Source: Candidatus Kapaibacterium sp. (GTDB lineage Bacteria > Bacteroidota > Ignavibacteria > Kapaibacteriales > UBA2268). Taken from it: a DNA stretch of 64,000 bases. Within the stretch, counting starts at the first letter, position 1. Each line of letters starts with the position of its first letter. The notes below the pieces were generated by a model, which had not been told where the DNA came from, did not search any database, and saw only the letters and a program-made list of their open reading frames with translations. A program made the position numbers and the translations under genes. The stretch lies in contig OY761611.1 in NCBI GenBank assembly GCA_963664875.1, forward strand, positions 1,568,001 to 1,632,000. Direction: 5' to 3'. Positions 18,658 through 27,594 of this stretch are shown here, piece after piece.

Positions 18658-21260
18658 GCAATAGCGAAAAGCACTCGAAGCTCCGCAAATCCAATATTAA
18701 ATGAAAGATTAGATTTTACATCTTTCAGACTGATATTACTGGAATTCTGTGCAATTTTTTTTACTTCTTCAAATTTACTATCATCTACAAAGAGTCTGTA
18801 ATCAAGTTTCTCTCCGGCTATTATCATTTCCTGCAAATTAAAAGCTATTTTCCCCTCAGTGCTTCTTAGCTCTTTCGCAATTTCTGAAATAGGCATACCC
18901 TGCCTTGCAAGATTTATAGAAATAATAGCTTCTTGAGAGACATTAGGAGAATTTTCATTTGCCTTTTTATCAAAAAATTCTTTTATCTCAGTAAGAAACA
19001 TTTTGCCGTAATTCTCAACAAAATATATAGAGATTCCTACTATTTTAGTCAATTCTTCTATGCCACTCGGCACTTGCTCCGAAATTTTCCTTATAGCTAC
19101 ATCAGAAAGTATCCCTCTTGGCACGATTCCTTCTTTTCTTGCGATGTCATTTCGCAGACTTTTTAATTTGTCTGAGAGTTCTTTGGCTATTTCTTTTGTA
19201 ATCTTTTTCTTTTCAGGTAAATATGGTGTCGGCTTTCTGCCAATTTCTTTTATACCGTTTTCGCTGATTGAAAGCACAGGATACTGACCGGAATCTATAT
19301 CAATAAACCGTTTCATATATGCAGTTTCGATATTCCTCTTAATTTCCTCTACGGTAATATCTTTACACGCACCGAAATAATGTGCATTTTCCAGCTGAAA
19401 TGAAGTAATCTTAGATGTTTTATTTCCTTTAAGAAAATCCGTAATAACTGCTTTGCCAAATCTGCCATCCAACTCACCAATGCCGTAGAGTATCTGCATG
19501 ATGATAAACTTCTCTTTTTCGTGATTTATTAGACTTCCTGCTTTAGTTTGCGATGTGCAGGACGAACAGCGTCCACATAAATCAGGCTGCTTTTGCCCCT
19601 GAAAATATTCGAGTATAAAGTTTCTTTTGCAGCTTAGACTCTCTGCATACTGCACCATTGTCTCCATTTTTTTGAAAGCATGATTACGTCTCTCTTCCAA
19701 AGCTTTCAAGTCGAGAGGAAGTTTATTGATAGGCATTCTTTCTAAAGGGAGCATCATTCCGCCTGCCAGTCCTGCCTCACGGTAACGAATTACTCCTGAG
19801 ATTTGAAGTGCATTCAGAGAGCGTTTTAGTAGCTCGTCGCCAATATCATGCTTATTCATTAGTTCATGCAAATCTATTTCCTCCGGCTTGCTGAGTGCCT
19901 CGCTGCTTAGGCTCCTAAGCAAGGCTTCAAGCACAGTGCGGTTGTCATCATTTGTATTGGAATAATATTCTCTGATTCTTTCCTGAGTTTCCGTAAACTG
20001 CACTGTAGCTCGGCTGTGAAGAGAATTTTGCCTGACAATGTTGTGCCTTTCGAAAAGACTTATTACATTTTCTACTATAGTAAAAGCTATGCCTGACATG
20101 TTGGCAATAGAAATATTGCTGTGGACTATTGGGTTGTTTGTCTTATATCCGAAATCCACACCATGTATGTTGTAAAGAGCATCATATACTGATTGGATTT
20201 CTCTGTTAGTAGGATAATTCGTTTTGATAAAAAAGTTCATCAATTTGATGTCTTCCGGGTCGTACAGAAGATAACATTCTGCCGGCATTCCGTCTCTACC
20301 TGCCCTTCCTGCTTCCTGATAGTATCCCTCCAGAGTCAAAGTTAAATCATGGTGTATAACTTTCCTCACATTTGATTTGTCTATACCCATTCCAAAGGCA
20401 TTTGTAGCTACTATAACGGCATTTGTCTGCTTAATAAACCTATCTTGCACCTGCTGTCTCAGGTAATCCGGCAGACCTGCGTGGTAAGCTTCAGTTTTAA
20501 CACCATAAGCCAACAGCTGATTATTTATATTTTCTACTCTTTTCCTTGAAGCACAGTATATAACGACAGAGCCTTCTTTAGTTTCTTTGACTAAATCAAT
20601 AATTCTTTCTATCTTTTTGTTTGTGGTTATAGTTTTATAAGAAAGATTAGGGCGATCGAAACCTTTAACAAACCTGTTTACCTCATCCAGATCGAGGACT
20701 TTTACTATATCTTCCTGAACATCTTTTGTAGCAGTGGCAGTAAGAGCTATGATAGGCAAATCAGGCAAAATAGAGCGTATGTTCGCAATATTTTTATAAG
20801 CAGGTCGGAAATCATGCCCCCATTCCGAAATACAATGTGCCTCATCTACAGCAATAAACGAAATATTCATTTGTGCAAGTGTATTTATAAATAGCTTGCT
20901 TTCCAATCGCTCAGGTGCAATGTAAATAAGTGAATAGACTCCCGCCTCCGCCTTTTGAATCCTATGCATCAATTCCTGATAGGACAAGCTACTATTTATA
21001 TATGTTGCTGCTATACCTTTCTGATTGAGCGTATCGACCTGATCTTTCATCAGAGCTATCAGAGGTGAAACCACAATACAAGTACCGGGTTTGACTATAG
21101 CCGGCAATTGATAGCATATAGATTTGCCTCCTCCGGTCGGCATAACCGCTAAAGTGTTATGACCATTCAGAATTGAAATAATGATTTCTTCCTGACCCTC
21201 TCGGAAGGACTCATAGCCGAAGTATTTCTTTAGATATTTTGTTAGTAGATTAGTTGACAT
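18642..21260 (-). CDS. recQ: RecQ family ATP-dependent DNA helicase (helicase core, Zn-binding, RQC, HRDC)
   Basis: MPTGGGKSICYQLP, DEAHCISEWGHDFRP, ATNAFGMGIDK, QEAGRAGRDG, CGRCSSC; likely start ATG 21260 (MSTNLL). Confidence 0.95.
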   Translation of the reverse strand: MSTNLLTKYLKKYFGYESFREGQEEIIISILNGHNTLAVMPTGGGKSICYQLPAIVKPGTCIVVSPLIALMKDQVDTLNQKGIAATYINSSLSYQELMHRIQKAEAGVYSLIYIAPERLESKLFINTLAQMNISFIAVDEAHCISEWGHDFRPAYKNIANIRSILPDLPIIALTATATKDVQEDIVKVLDLDEVNRFVKGFDRPNLSYKTITTNKKIERIIDLVKETKEGSVVIYCASRKRVENINNQLLAYGVKTEAYHAGLPDYLRQQVQDRFIKQTNAVIVATNAFGMGIDKSNVRKVIHHDLTLTLEGYYQEAGRAGRDGMPAECYLLYDPEDIKLMNFFIKTNYPTNREIQSVYDALYNIHGVDFGYKTNNPIVHSNISIANMSGIAFTIVENVISLFERHNIVRQNSLHSRATVQFTETQERIREYYSNTNDDNRTVLEALLRSLSSEALSKPEEIDLHELMNKHDIGDELLKRSLNALQISGVIRYREAGLAGGMMLPLERMPINKLPLDLKALEERRNHAFKKMETMVQYAESLSCKRNFILEYFQGQKQPDLCGRCSSCTSQTKAGSLINHEKEKFIIMQILYGIGELDGRFGKAVITDFLKGNKTSKITSFQLENAHYFGACKDITVEEIKRNIETAYMKRFIDIDSGQYPVLSISENGIKEIGRKPTPYLPEKKKITKEIAKELSDKLKSLRNDIARKEGIVPRGILSDVAIRKISEQVPSGIEELTKIVGISIYFVENYGKMFLTEIKEFFDKKANENSPNVSQEAIISINLARQGMPISEIAKELRSTEGKIAFNLQEMIIAGEKLDYRLFVDDSKFEEVKKIAQNSSNISLKDVKSNLSFNIGFAELRVLFAIAQSEL

Positions 21261-21348
21261 ATCATAAGATTGCAAAGTAAAAAGACAGAAGAGCAATATA
21301 CTACAATTTGCCACAAAGGCAAGAACTATATAATTATCTCAATAATAT

Positions 21349-21392
21349 AAAAAAACAGACAGGAATGCATAAGTTCAGGCATAACTGTCTGT
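21349..21392 (-). terminator. Putative terminator after the lipoprotein gene
   Basis: AACAGACAG...CTGTCTGTT inverted repeat with a minus-strand U tract. Confidence 0.55.
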
Positions 21393-21420
21393 TGAAATTA
21401 TTTAGTATTTCAGACTTATC

Positions 21421-21912
21421 TTACAAATTGCCAGCCACAAAATAAGCCAATCCATCTTTAACATGAGCAGTACCTTTAAGTGCAAATTCTTTTTCACCTA
21501 CTATTTTGATTAGGCCTTTGCTTGCAAAATTACCGCCTGCATCCAAAACAATATATGCCTGTCCTTCTCCTACGAATACAAGCACTTTACCTGAATTTAC
21601 CAATGATTTTGCTTTTTGTGCATTAACTCTTCCGTCTCCGCCCATCGCTAAATCATCTAAACTTGCGACATAACCTTTCAAAGGCAGAGCATTGTAATCT
21701 CTTTCTGCAATCACTTCTTTTGTATTATCAACCTCAATTGATGCTTCTGACGCTGATTCGGTCTGTGTTGCTTCTGCTGCCGCATCAGTAGTAGTTGCTT
21801 GCTGCTCAGTAGCCGGAGCATCTTTAGCCGCATCTTGTTTTTCTTCTCCACAAGAGACAAGTAAAAAGCCTGCTACCAGACATACTAATAAATATTGCTT
21901 TATGTAATTCAT
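21421..21912 (-). CDS. Hypothetical lipoprotein (paralogue of the neighbouring gene)
   Basis: Lipobox LVSC, Ala/Thr/Glu linker, C-domain containing DAGGNFA. Confidence 0.8.
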   Translation of the reverse strand: MNYIKQYLLVCLVAGFLLVSCGEEKQDAAKDAPATEQQATTTDAAAEATQTESASEASIEVDNTKEVIAERDYNALPLKGYVASLDDLAMGGDGRVNAQKAKSLVNSGKVLVFVGEGQAYIVLDAGGNFASKGLIKIVGEKEFALKGTAHVKDGLAYFVAGNL

Positions 21913-21953
21913 GTCATTTCCTTATTTAATATTAAATCTCAAATCCGAATCAC

Positions 21954-22421
21954 TTAGATTGCATATATCCCGTTAGCGATGATATATTTTAAGCCTTTTA
22001 CAGTTTTCACTTTACCGGCTATACCGACTTTAGAAGCTTCAGCTAACTTAGCAAGTTTATTACCTGCGAAATTGCCACCTGCATCGAATACAAAATAAAT
22101 CACACCTTTTGACAAAAATGCAATTGGCTTGCCATAAGAAAGTAGATTTTCAGCAGTTGCTTTATCGATGCGACCGTTGCCACCTGTTAGCAAATTTTCA
22201 ACACTGATAACCTGACCTTCAAAATCAGCTTTAAATCCTGCCGGTGCTTTCGGCATATCGCTTGCAGGCTTGTCTGTATTTACAGCATCGACAGCAGCGG
22301 TTTTTGTTACAGTACTTGTTACTGCTTTTGTGCTCTGATTTGTATTGATATTAATCTGAGCAAAAACAAAACCTGCAGTTACAAGCAAAACTGCTAACAT
22401 AATTACGGCTCTTTTTAGCAT
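21954..22421 (-). CDS. Hypothetical secreted protein (paralogue of the neighbouring gene)
   Basis: SPI signal (VFA-Q), low-complexity linker, C-domain containing DAGGNFA; AGGAG RBS. Confidence 0.8.
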   Translation of the reverse strand: MLKRAVIMLAVLLVTAGFVFAQININTNQSTKAVTSTVTKTAAVDAVNTDKPASDMPKAPAGFKADFEGQVISVENLLTGGNGRIDKATAENLLSYGKPIAFLSKGVIYFVFDAGGNFAGNKLAKLAEASKVGIAGKVKTVKGLKYIIANGIYAI

Positions 22422-22681
22422 AAAACATCTCCTTGTGACTTAAAATGAACATTTAGTTTCTTGCAAATATTCTATTCTTACTACATGTGTATTGTCGAAT
22501 AATTCCTGAGAATTATTGCTTTGCAAAATCTTGATAATACAATCAATCTATAGCAACTGAAATATAATTGCAATTTAGCTAATTATATGAAATAATCACT
22601 TAATAATCAACACAAATATCGGATTCGACTATATTTTTACAATAATCCTTTTTAGTGACATCGGAACAGACTCGTATAAAT

Positions 22682-22704
22682 AAAAAACCTCCCCGAAGGG
22701 AGGC
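22682..22704 (-). terminator. Intrinsic terminator with UUCG tetraloop
   Basis: Minus strand CCTCCC-TTCG-GGGAGG-TTTTTT. Confidence 0.9.
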
Positions 22705-22739
22705 TTTCTAATTGTACTGTCAATATGAGATATTGTTTT

Positions 22740-25700
22740 TTATTTTACAAGAATCATAGCTTTAGCTGCTGCTGCACCTTCCGTTTCTACTGTGTAGAAA
22801 TAAGTGCCGCTGCTTAGGTTATAAGCTGATGCATCCAAATCTATTCTGTTTTCACCGGCTACTGCCTGTCCGTCGAAGATTACAGCCAATTTACGTCCGT
22901 TTGCATCTGTCAATGTTACTTTTACATTTGCTGCAGTTGGTACGTTAAATTTGATTGTTGTAGAAGTTTCAAACGGGTTAGGTTCGTTGCCAAGTAATTC
23001 ATAGCCGCTACCTGCTTGTGCAAATACGCCTGTGTTTGTTTTCTTAGTTACTGTTACCTTAGAAACATCAGACATTCTATCACCGCAGTCATTTGTAGCT
23101 ACGCAGTAGTATTCGCCTGCATCTGCATATTTCACTACGTCAACAGTATAAATTGCTTCTGTAGCACCGGCGATAGCTGCACCGTCTTTGTACCATTGGT
23201 ATGCAAGGTCGCTTTCGCTGTCAACCATAACTTCCAATGTCAATACTGCATCTGTTTCTACTGTTACGTCTGCTTCAGGAACAACTGTGAATATAGGAAG
23301 TAAGTTTACATCTAATACTGCATCTTTTGAGCTTGCAGATTCATTTGTTCCGTTCAAAGTAGCAACTACATGGTAATCACCTGCATGAGCCGGCATTACA
23401 TTTGTAACAAGCAATTTGTTTGTAGTAGCACCACTGATTTCGCCACCATCTGTTAATGCTGTTCCGTTGAAATACCATTGGTAATCAACTGTGATAGTAG
23501 GATCTGTAGAAAGTGCACTTACTTCAAATGTAGCGTCACTGCCTTCGCAAGCGTCTTTATCCATTGGGTTCATTGTTATTGATACAGTAGGTACGTCGCT
23601 AATAGATACTCTTACTGATTCGTCAGTGCCGCATTGACCTTTTACGATTACATAGTAATCATTTGACAAGTCTGACATTTCTACATTGTTGATAGTTAGC
23701 AATGAAGAATGAGCACCTTGGATTCTGCCGTTATCTTCTAATTTCATAGTTCCTTTGTACCATTGGAAATCATGTTGGTAGTATGGAGGAACTAAGCCTT
23801 TCATGTGTGCTTCTACTGATAATGTAGCTGTTTCGCCAAGAGCAACTTGAACTGCTTCTGGTTGACGAGTAATTTTTGTTTCCTGCATTACATAAAGTAT
23901 AGCTGATTCACTTGTGAAAGTCAATTCGCCACGGCAGTCTTCTACTGCTATTTCGCAATAGTATTGACCTACGTTGTCAAGATTTGCATTGTTGATGATA
24001 AGCATTGCATCGTCTGCATATTCGTTTTCTGTGATGCTGATGCGTTTGCCGTCTTTATACCATTGGTATCCATGAATTTCACCAAGACCATTGCCGATAA
24101 CTGAGAAGTGTACTTCTTCGCCACCGCAAATTACTTGTGATTCAGGATTTTCAACTAATTCGAATGTTGGAGGTACGATAAATTCTACAGCTTCTGTAAA
24201 TACTTCCAAATCGTAACATTCTGCATTACCCATAACTTTACATCTGTAACCACCGGAGTTAGTTTCATCTACGTTTGTAAGTTTGAAGTTTTGAGTTACT
24301 GCAGTTGGATTTTCCTGTGCTGTAATGTTGTACCACTGACCACCTTGGTATTTCTGCCATTGGTAGCCACGAACAGTACCCTGAGCTTCTGCGTAGAATT
24401 CTAAGTCCATACCGCCGCAAAGGTTTTCAGGTTCGAAATAATATTCCATTTTTTCTTCAGTAATAGGCAAATAAAGCTCTACTTCTGTTTCTGTATCTGT
24501 GTAAAGCACTGAAGGGTATTTAGGTTCGCAAAGTTCGTCGCCGACAACTTTGGCACGATATTTACCATCAGCTTCTGCTTTTGTTAATTCAGTGAAATCA
24601 AGTACAAATGTATGACCTACGGCACCTTCGATATCAGTCCACATACCATCGATTTCTTTCTGCCATTGTACACCAAAAGCATTTGTAGTTTCTACACTTA
24701 AAGTCAAATCGTGGAAACCTTCGCAACCGATGTAGCTTTCTACCATGCTTTCGCTAACGATATGAACAGGTTCAACTACATTGATAGTTTTAGTTGAAGT
24801 AGCAATTGGTTCTAAATCCATAGCCCAGAAAGTAGCGTGGTAGTCACCTGCATTTTCTACTGTAAGGTCGTTTATAATTAGACGACTTCCGCTGATAGTG
24901 TAATTATCTATATCAGTATCTACTATTGGAAGACCATTTTTGTACCATTGAGTTTGAACCGCATTGCCAAGAGTTCTTTCGATACCATCATCAAACTGAC
25001 CGCCTGCTCCAAAGATGAATTGTACCTGCTGTGTACCTTCGCAAAGACCTTCAGGTCTGTCAGGGTCAACAATTAAATCAGTAGTAAGAGATAGGCTAAA
25101 GCTTGTAATGTCAACACCCATTCTGTTATTTGCAGCTGTTCTTGTTTCGCCGTCAATATCAGTAGGAATAGAAACTGCTGTGATTGGAGGGCATAGAACA
25201 TCATCACTTATTGCTCCGCCACCATCAATGTGCAAATCAGGAGTCAAAGTAACTTCCATTGATGTAGAATTATCACCAAATCCGGCTGCTTGCCAAGAAT
25301 CCAAGTATGGGTATGTTGTGCTGGTTTCCCAATTATATGCTATAGAGCCAAGAGGAGCATATAAAAGATTATAATCAGCATCTGCTAAAGATGTTGTTCC
25401 TGTATATCCATCGTTACCTGCAAGGTAGATACAGTATGTTTCAGTACCACTACCAACCATTTCGTTGACCAAAATGTTGTTTTTGATAATGTGCCCACTT
25501 GAGTTTGCATAGTAGCCACCAAGAGTTATACAAGAAGAGAACGCACCTTGCACACCACCTGCTGTAAATGGTCTATTCATGTGAATTGTGTTTTGATAGA
25601 TTTCCAAATCACTTGCCTGGTAGCACATGATACCAGATACTGCATAATAATAGTAGTTATAAGATCCTGATGAGTAATTTGCACTTCTTCCATAAATATC

Positions 25701-26978
25701 AGACATTCTGTTGTGATATATTTTTTGTCTGTCAGAACCCTTTGTTGAGTTACCATACAAGTATATACCAGCAGTATAACCTGCAGTTGAACCTGTACCT
25801 TCATACATATTTTCAATATGGTGAATGTAGTTATCATGAATCAAGCAAGGATCCATGTAGTACATATAAATACCAATAATTGAAGAAGTTGAAGTAGTAG
25901 AGTAACGTTTTGAAACATTATAAATCTCATTGTGGTGAATATCGTAGCTACCATAAGTAGCTGTGGAAGAACTATATAAGTACATTCCATAATAAGTAAT
26001 ATCATGGATAGTGTTGTATCCCACGTTGATATAATCATCACTATCATTGTAGTATAAGTACATACCATAAGAAACTTGAGAAATATCATTGTGCTCAATA
26101 TTTACAGAACCGGTGTTGTATCTGATATACATACCATAATATGGATAATATGCTGTTGTACTGTAAGTTGATGAGCCTTTGATTTTATTATTAGTTGAAG
26201 TTAAATTGTCAGCATAGCTTGCATAGTATCCATAGTACATGTATCCACCTTCAACATCTATGTTGTTGTTATCCATCACCAAATTTCGAGTGTAGTAAGT
26301 GTAGATACCATAATACATATATGGTGCATCCAAGTCATTACTTGAAATTGTGATATTTTCTTGTCTTGTCGCAGACTGTCCATAAATATAAAAACCATAA
26401 TAAGCTTTGTCAAAAAGGTTATTGTGAATGGTAATGTTATCAGAATAACCATCTGAGTAGTACATTCTAATACCATAAGAACTAGATGGGTTACCAGTCA
26501 ATGCACCTGCAGAAATTCTACAGTTTTGCACTGTAACTCCGTCATTTGAACCTTTGAATTTGACACCAACGGAAGTGTTAACTGTGTGATGAATCCAGAG
26601 GCTACGGTCAGTCCCTTCTCCGCCCTGGCTACCATCTAATACAACATTTGAGCATCCGTTAAATTCGATAATACCATTTGTACCACCAAATGAACCCTGA
26701 ATAGTATATTCACCTGTCGGGTAAATAGTTACAGAGCCGGAAGTGCCGAATGAATTAAGAGTAGCTGATGCCGTAAGCGTTTGGTCGCTTATGATTTGCA
26801 ACACTACATCACCGCTGACACCATTCGAGTTGATTGCATCAAATGCTAATTTGATATCAGCATAATCACCACCGGTACCTACTGTTTTTGTACCGGAAAC
26901 TGCTGTTTGCGCAAGTGCCTGAGCTGCAAGTAGTGCAGTCATAGCAAAAATTGAGAAGATAAAGTAGAAACGCTTCAT
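22740..26978 (-). CDS. Large secreted protein, paralogue A: Tyr-rich parallel beta-helix, several Ig-like domains, T9SS-type CTD
   Basis: Signal peptide; repeated IxxNxI / YGxYxY units; repeated YQWYKDG...GxYYC Ig motifs; NEPNPF...SGTYFY...MILVK C-terminus. Confidence 0.88.
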   Translation of the reverse strand: MKRFYFIFSIFAMTALLAAQALAQTAVSGTKTVGTGGDYADIKLAFDAINSNGVSGDVVLQIISDQTLTASATLNSFGTSGSVTIYPTGEYTIQGSFGGTNGIIEFNGCSNVVLDGSQGGEGTDRSLWIHHTVNTSVGVKFKGSNDGVTVQNCRISAGALTGNPSSSYGIRMYYSDGYSDNITIHNNLFDKAYYGFYIYGQSATRQENITISSNDLDAPYMYYGIYTYYTRNLVMDNNNIDVEGGYMYYGYYASYADNLTSTNNKIKGSSTYSTTAYYPYYGMYIRYNTGSVNIEHNDISQVSYGMYLYYNDSDDYINVGYNTIHDITYYGMYLYSSSTATYGSYDIHHNEIYNVSKRYSTTSTSSIIGIYMYYMDPCLIHDNYIHHIENMYEGTGSTAGYTAGIYLYGNSTKGSDRQKIYHNRMSDIYGRSANYSSGSYNYYYYAVSGIMCYQASDLEIYQNTIHMNRPFTAGGVQGAFSSCITLGGYYANSSGHIIKNNILVNEMVGSGTETYCIYLAGNDGYTGTTSLADADYNLLYAPLGSIAYNWETSTTYPYLDSWQAAGFGDNSTSMEVTLTPDLHIDGGGAISDDVLCPPITAVSIPTDIDGETRTAANNRMGVDITSFSLSLTTDLIVDPDRPEGLCEGTQQVQFIFGAGGQFDDGIERTLGNAVQTQWYKNGLPIVDTDIDNYTISGSRLIINDLTVENAGDYHATFWAMDLEPIATSTKTINVVEPVHIVSESMVESYIGCEGFHDLTLSVETTNAFGVQWQKEIDGMWTDIEGAVGHTFVLDFTELTKAEADGKYRAKVVGDELCEPKYPSVLYTDTETEVELYLPITEEKMEYYFEPENLCGGMDLEFYAEAQGTVRGYQWQKYQGGQWYNITAQENPTAVTQNFKLTNVDETNSGGYRCKVMGNAECYDLEVFTEAVEFIVPPTFELVENPESQVICGGEEVHFSVIGNGLGEIHGYQWYKDGKRISITENEYADDAMLIINNANLDNVGQYYCEIAVEDCRGELTFTSESAILYVMQETKITRQPEAVQVALGETATLSVEAHMKGLVPPYYQHDFQWYKGTMKLEDNGRIQGAHSSLLTINNVEMSDLSNDYYVIVKGQCGTDESVRVSISDVPTVSITMNPMDKDACEGSDATFEVSALSTDPTITVDYQWYFNGTALTDGGEISGATTNKLLVTNVMPAHAGDYHVVATLNGTNESASSKDAVLDVNLLPIFTVVPEADVTVETDAVLTLEVMVDSESDLAYQWYKDGAAIAGATEAIYTVDVVKYADAGEYYCVATNDCGDRMSDVSKVTVTKKTNTGVFAQAGSGYELLGNEPNPFETSTTIKFNVPTAANVKVTLTDANGRKLAVIFDGQAVAGENRIDLDASAYNLSSGTYFYTVETEGAAAAKAMILVK

Positions 26979-27042
26979 TACGTTCTCCGATTAGTGTGAG
27001 TAATAATATTTTATTTCTTTAACATAACCTTGATTTCACTAT

Positions 27043-27103
27043 TTCTGTCAATATAAGACTAATTGTTTTAAAATGCAACGTTACAAAGTCGATTTTTATT
27101 ATA
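27043..27103 (-). promoter_or_regulatory. Sigma70-type promoter of paralogue A with an overlapping palindromic operator
   Basis: Minus strand TTGCAT (27078-27073), 17-nt spacer, TATATT (27055-27050); TGTAACGTTGCA overlaps the -35; block conserved upstream of paralogue B. Confidence 0.7.
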
Positions 27104-27528
27104 TATTTTTTTCGTTTTTATTGTCTCCAAAGATTTATAGCTACTAATTTTTGTAATTCACACAAATTGTAGAGACTTTTTTTTGCAATTATTATGTTAT
27201 TTTTGATTTTCTATCAAGCTGTTATTTCAATATTATAAACATACTCTGATTGCTCATATATAGCTCTAAATATAGCTATATAAGTACTTATATTGTCATT
27301 ATTTTTATTTTTCAAAGCTTTATTAGACAGATATTTCTCAAATCACTTTCTTTAATAGACCTCATATTTGTATATTTAGTGTAGAATATCTATTTTATTC
27401 AATACTTTTTTGCTACAATAGGTATGTTACTTAGCTAAATTATTTTTTTATAGAAATTTTTGATTTTTTTTGATTCCGATTGCAGATATGTTTACTTGGC
27501 AGTCATTTTGGATAATTAGAGTGAGGGC

Positions 27529-27554
27529 AAAAAAAAACCTCCCCGAAGGGAGGT
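27529..27554 (-). terminator. Intrinsic terminator with UUCG tetraloop
   Basis: Same CCTCCC-TTCG-GGGAGG-polyT as at 22682. Confidence 0.9.
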
Positions 27555-27594
27555 CTTTGTAAGTGTATTGTCGTATCAATAAGAGAGAATATTC

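Noticed and set aside
27278-27293. Perfect 16-bp palindrome ATATAAGTACTTATAT upstream of paralogue A
   Set aside because: Very AT-rich and not conserved upstream of paralogue B; may be chance.
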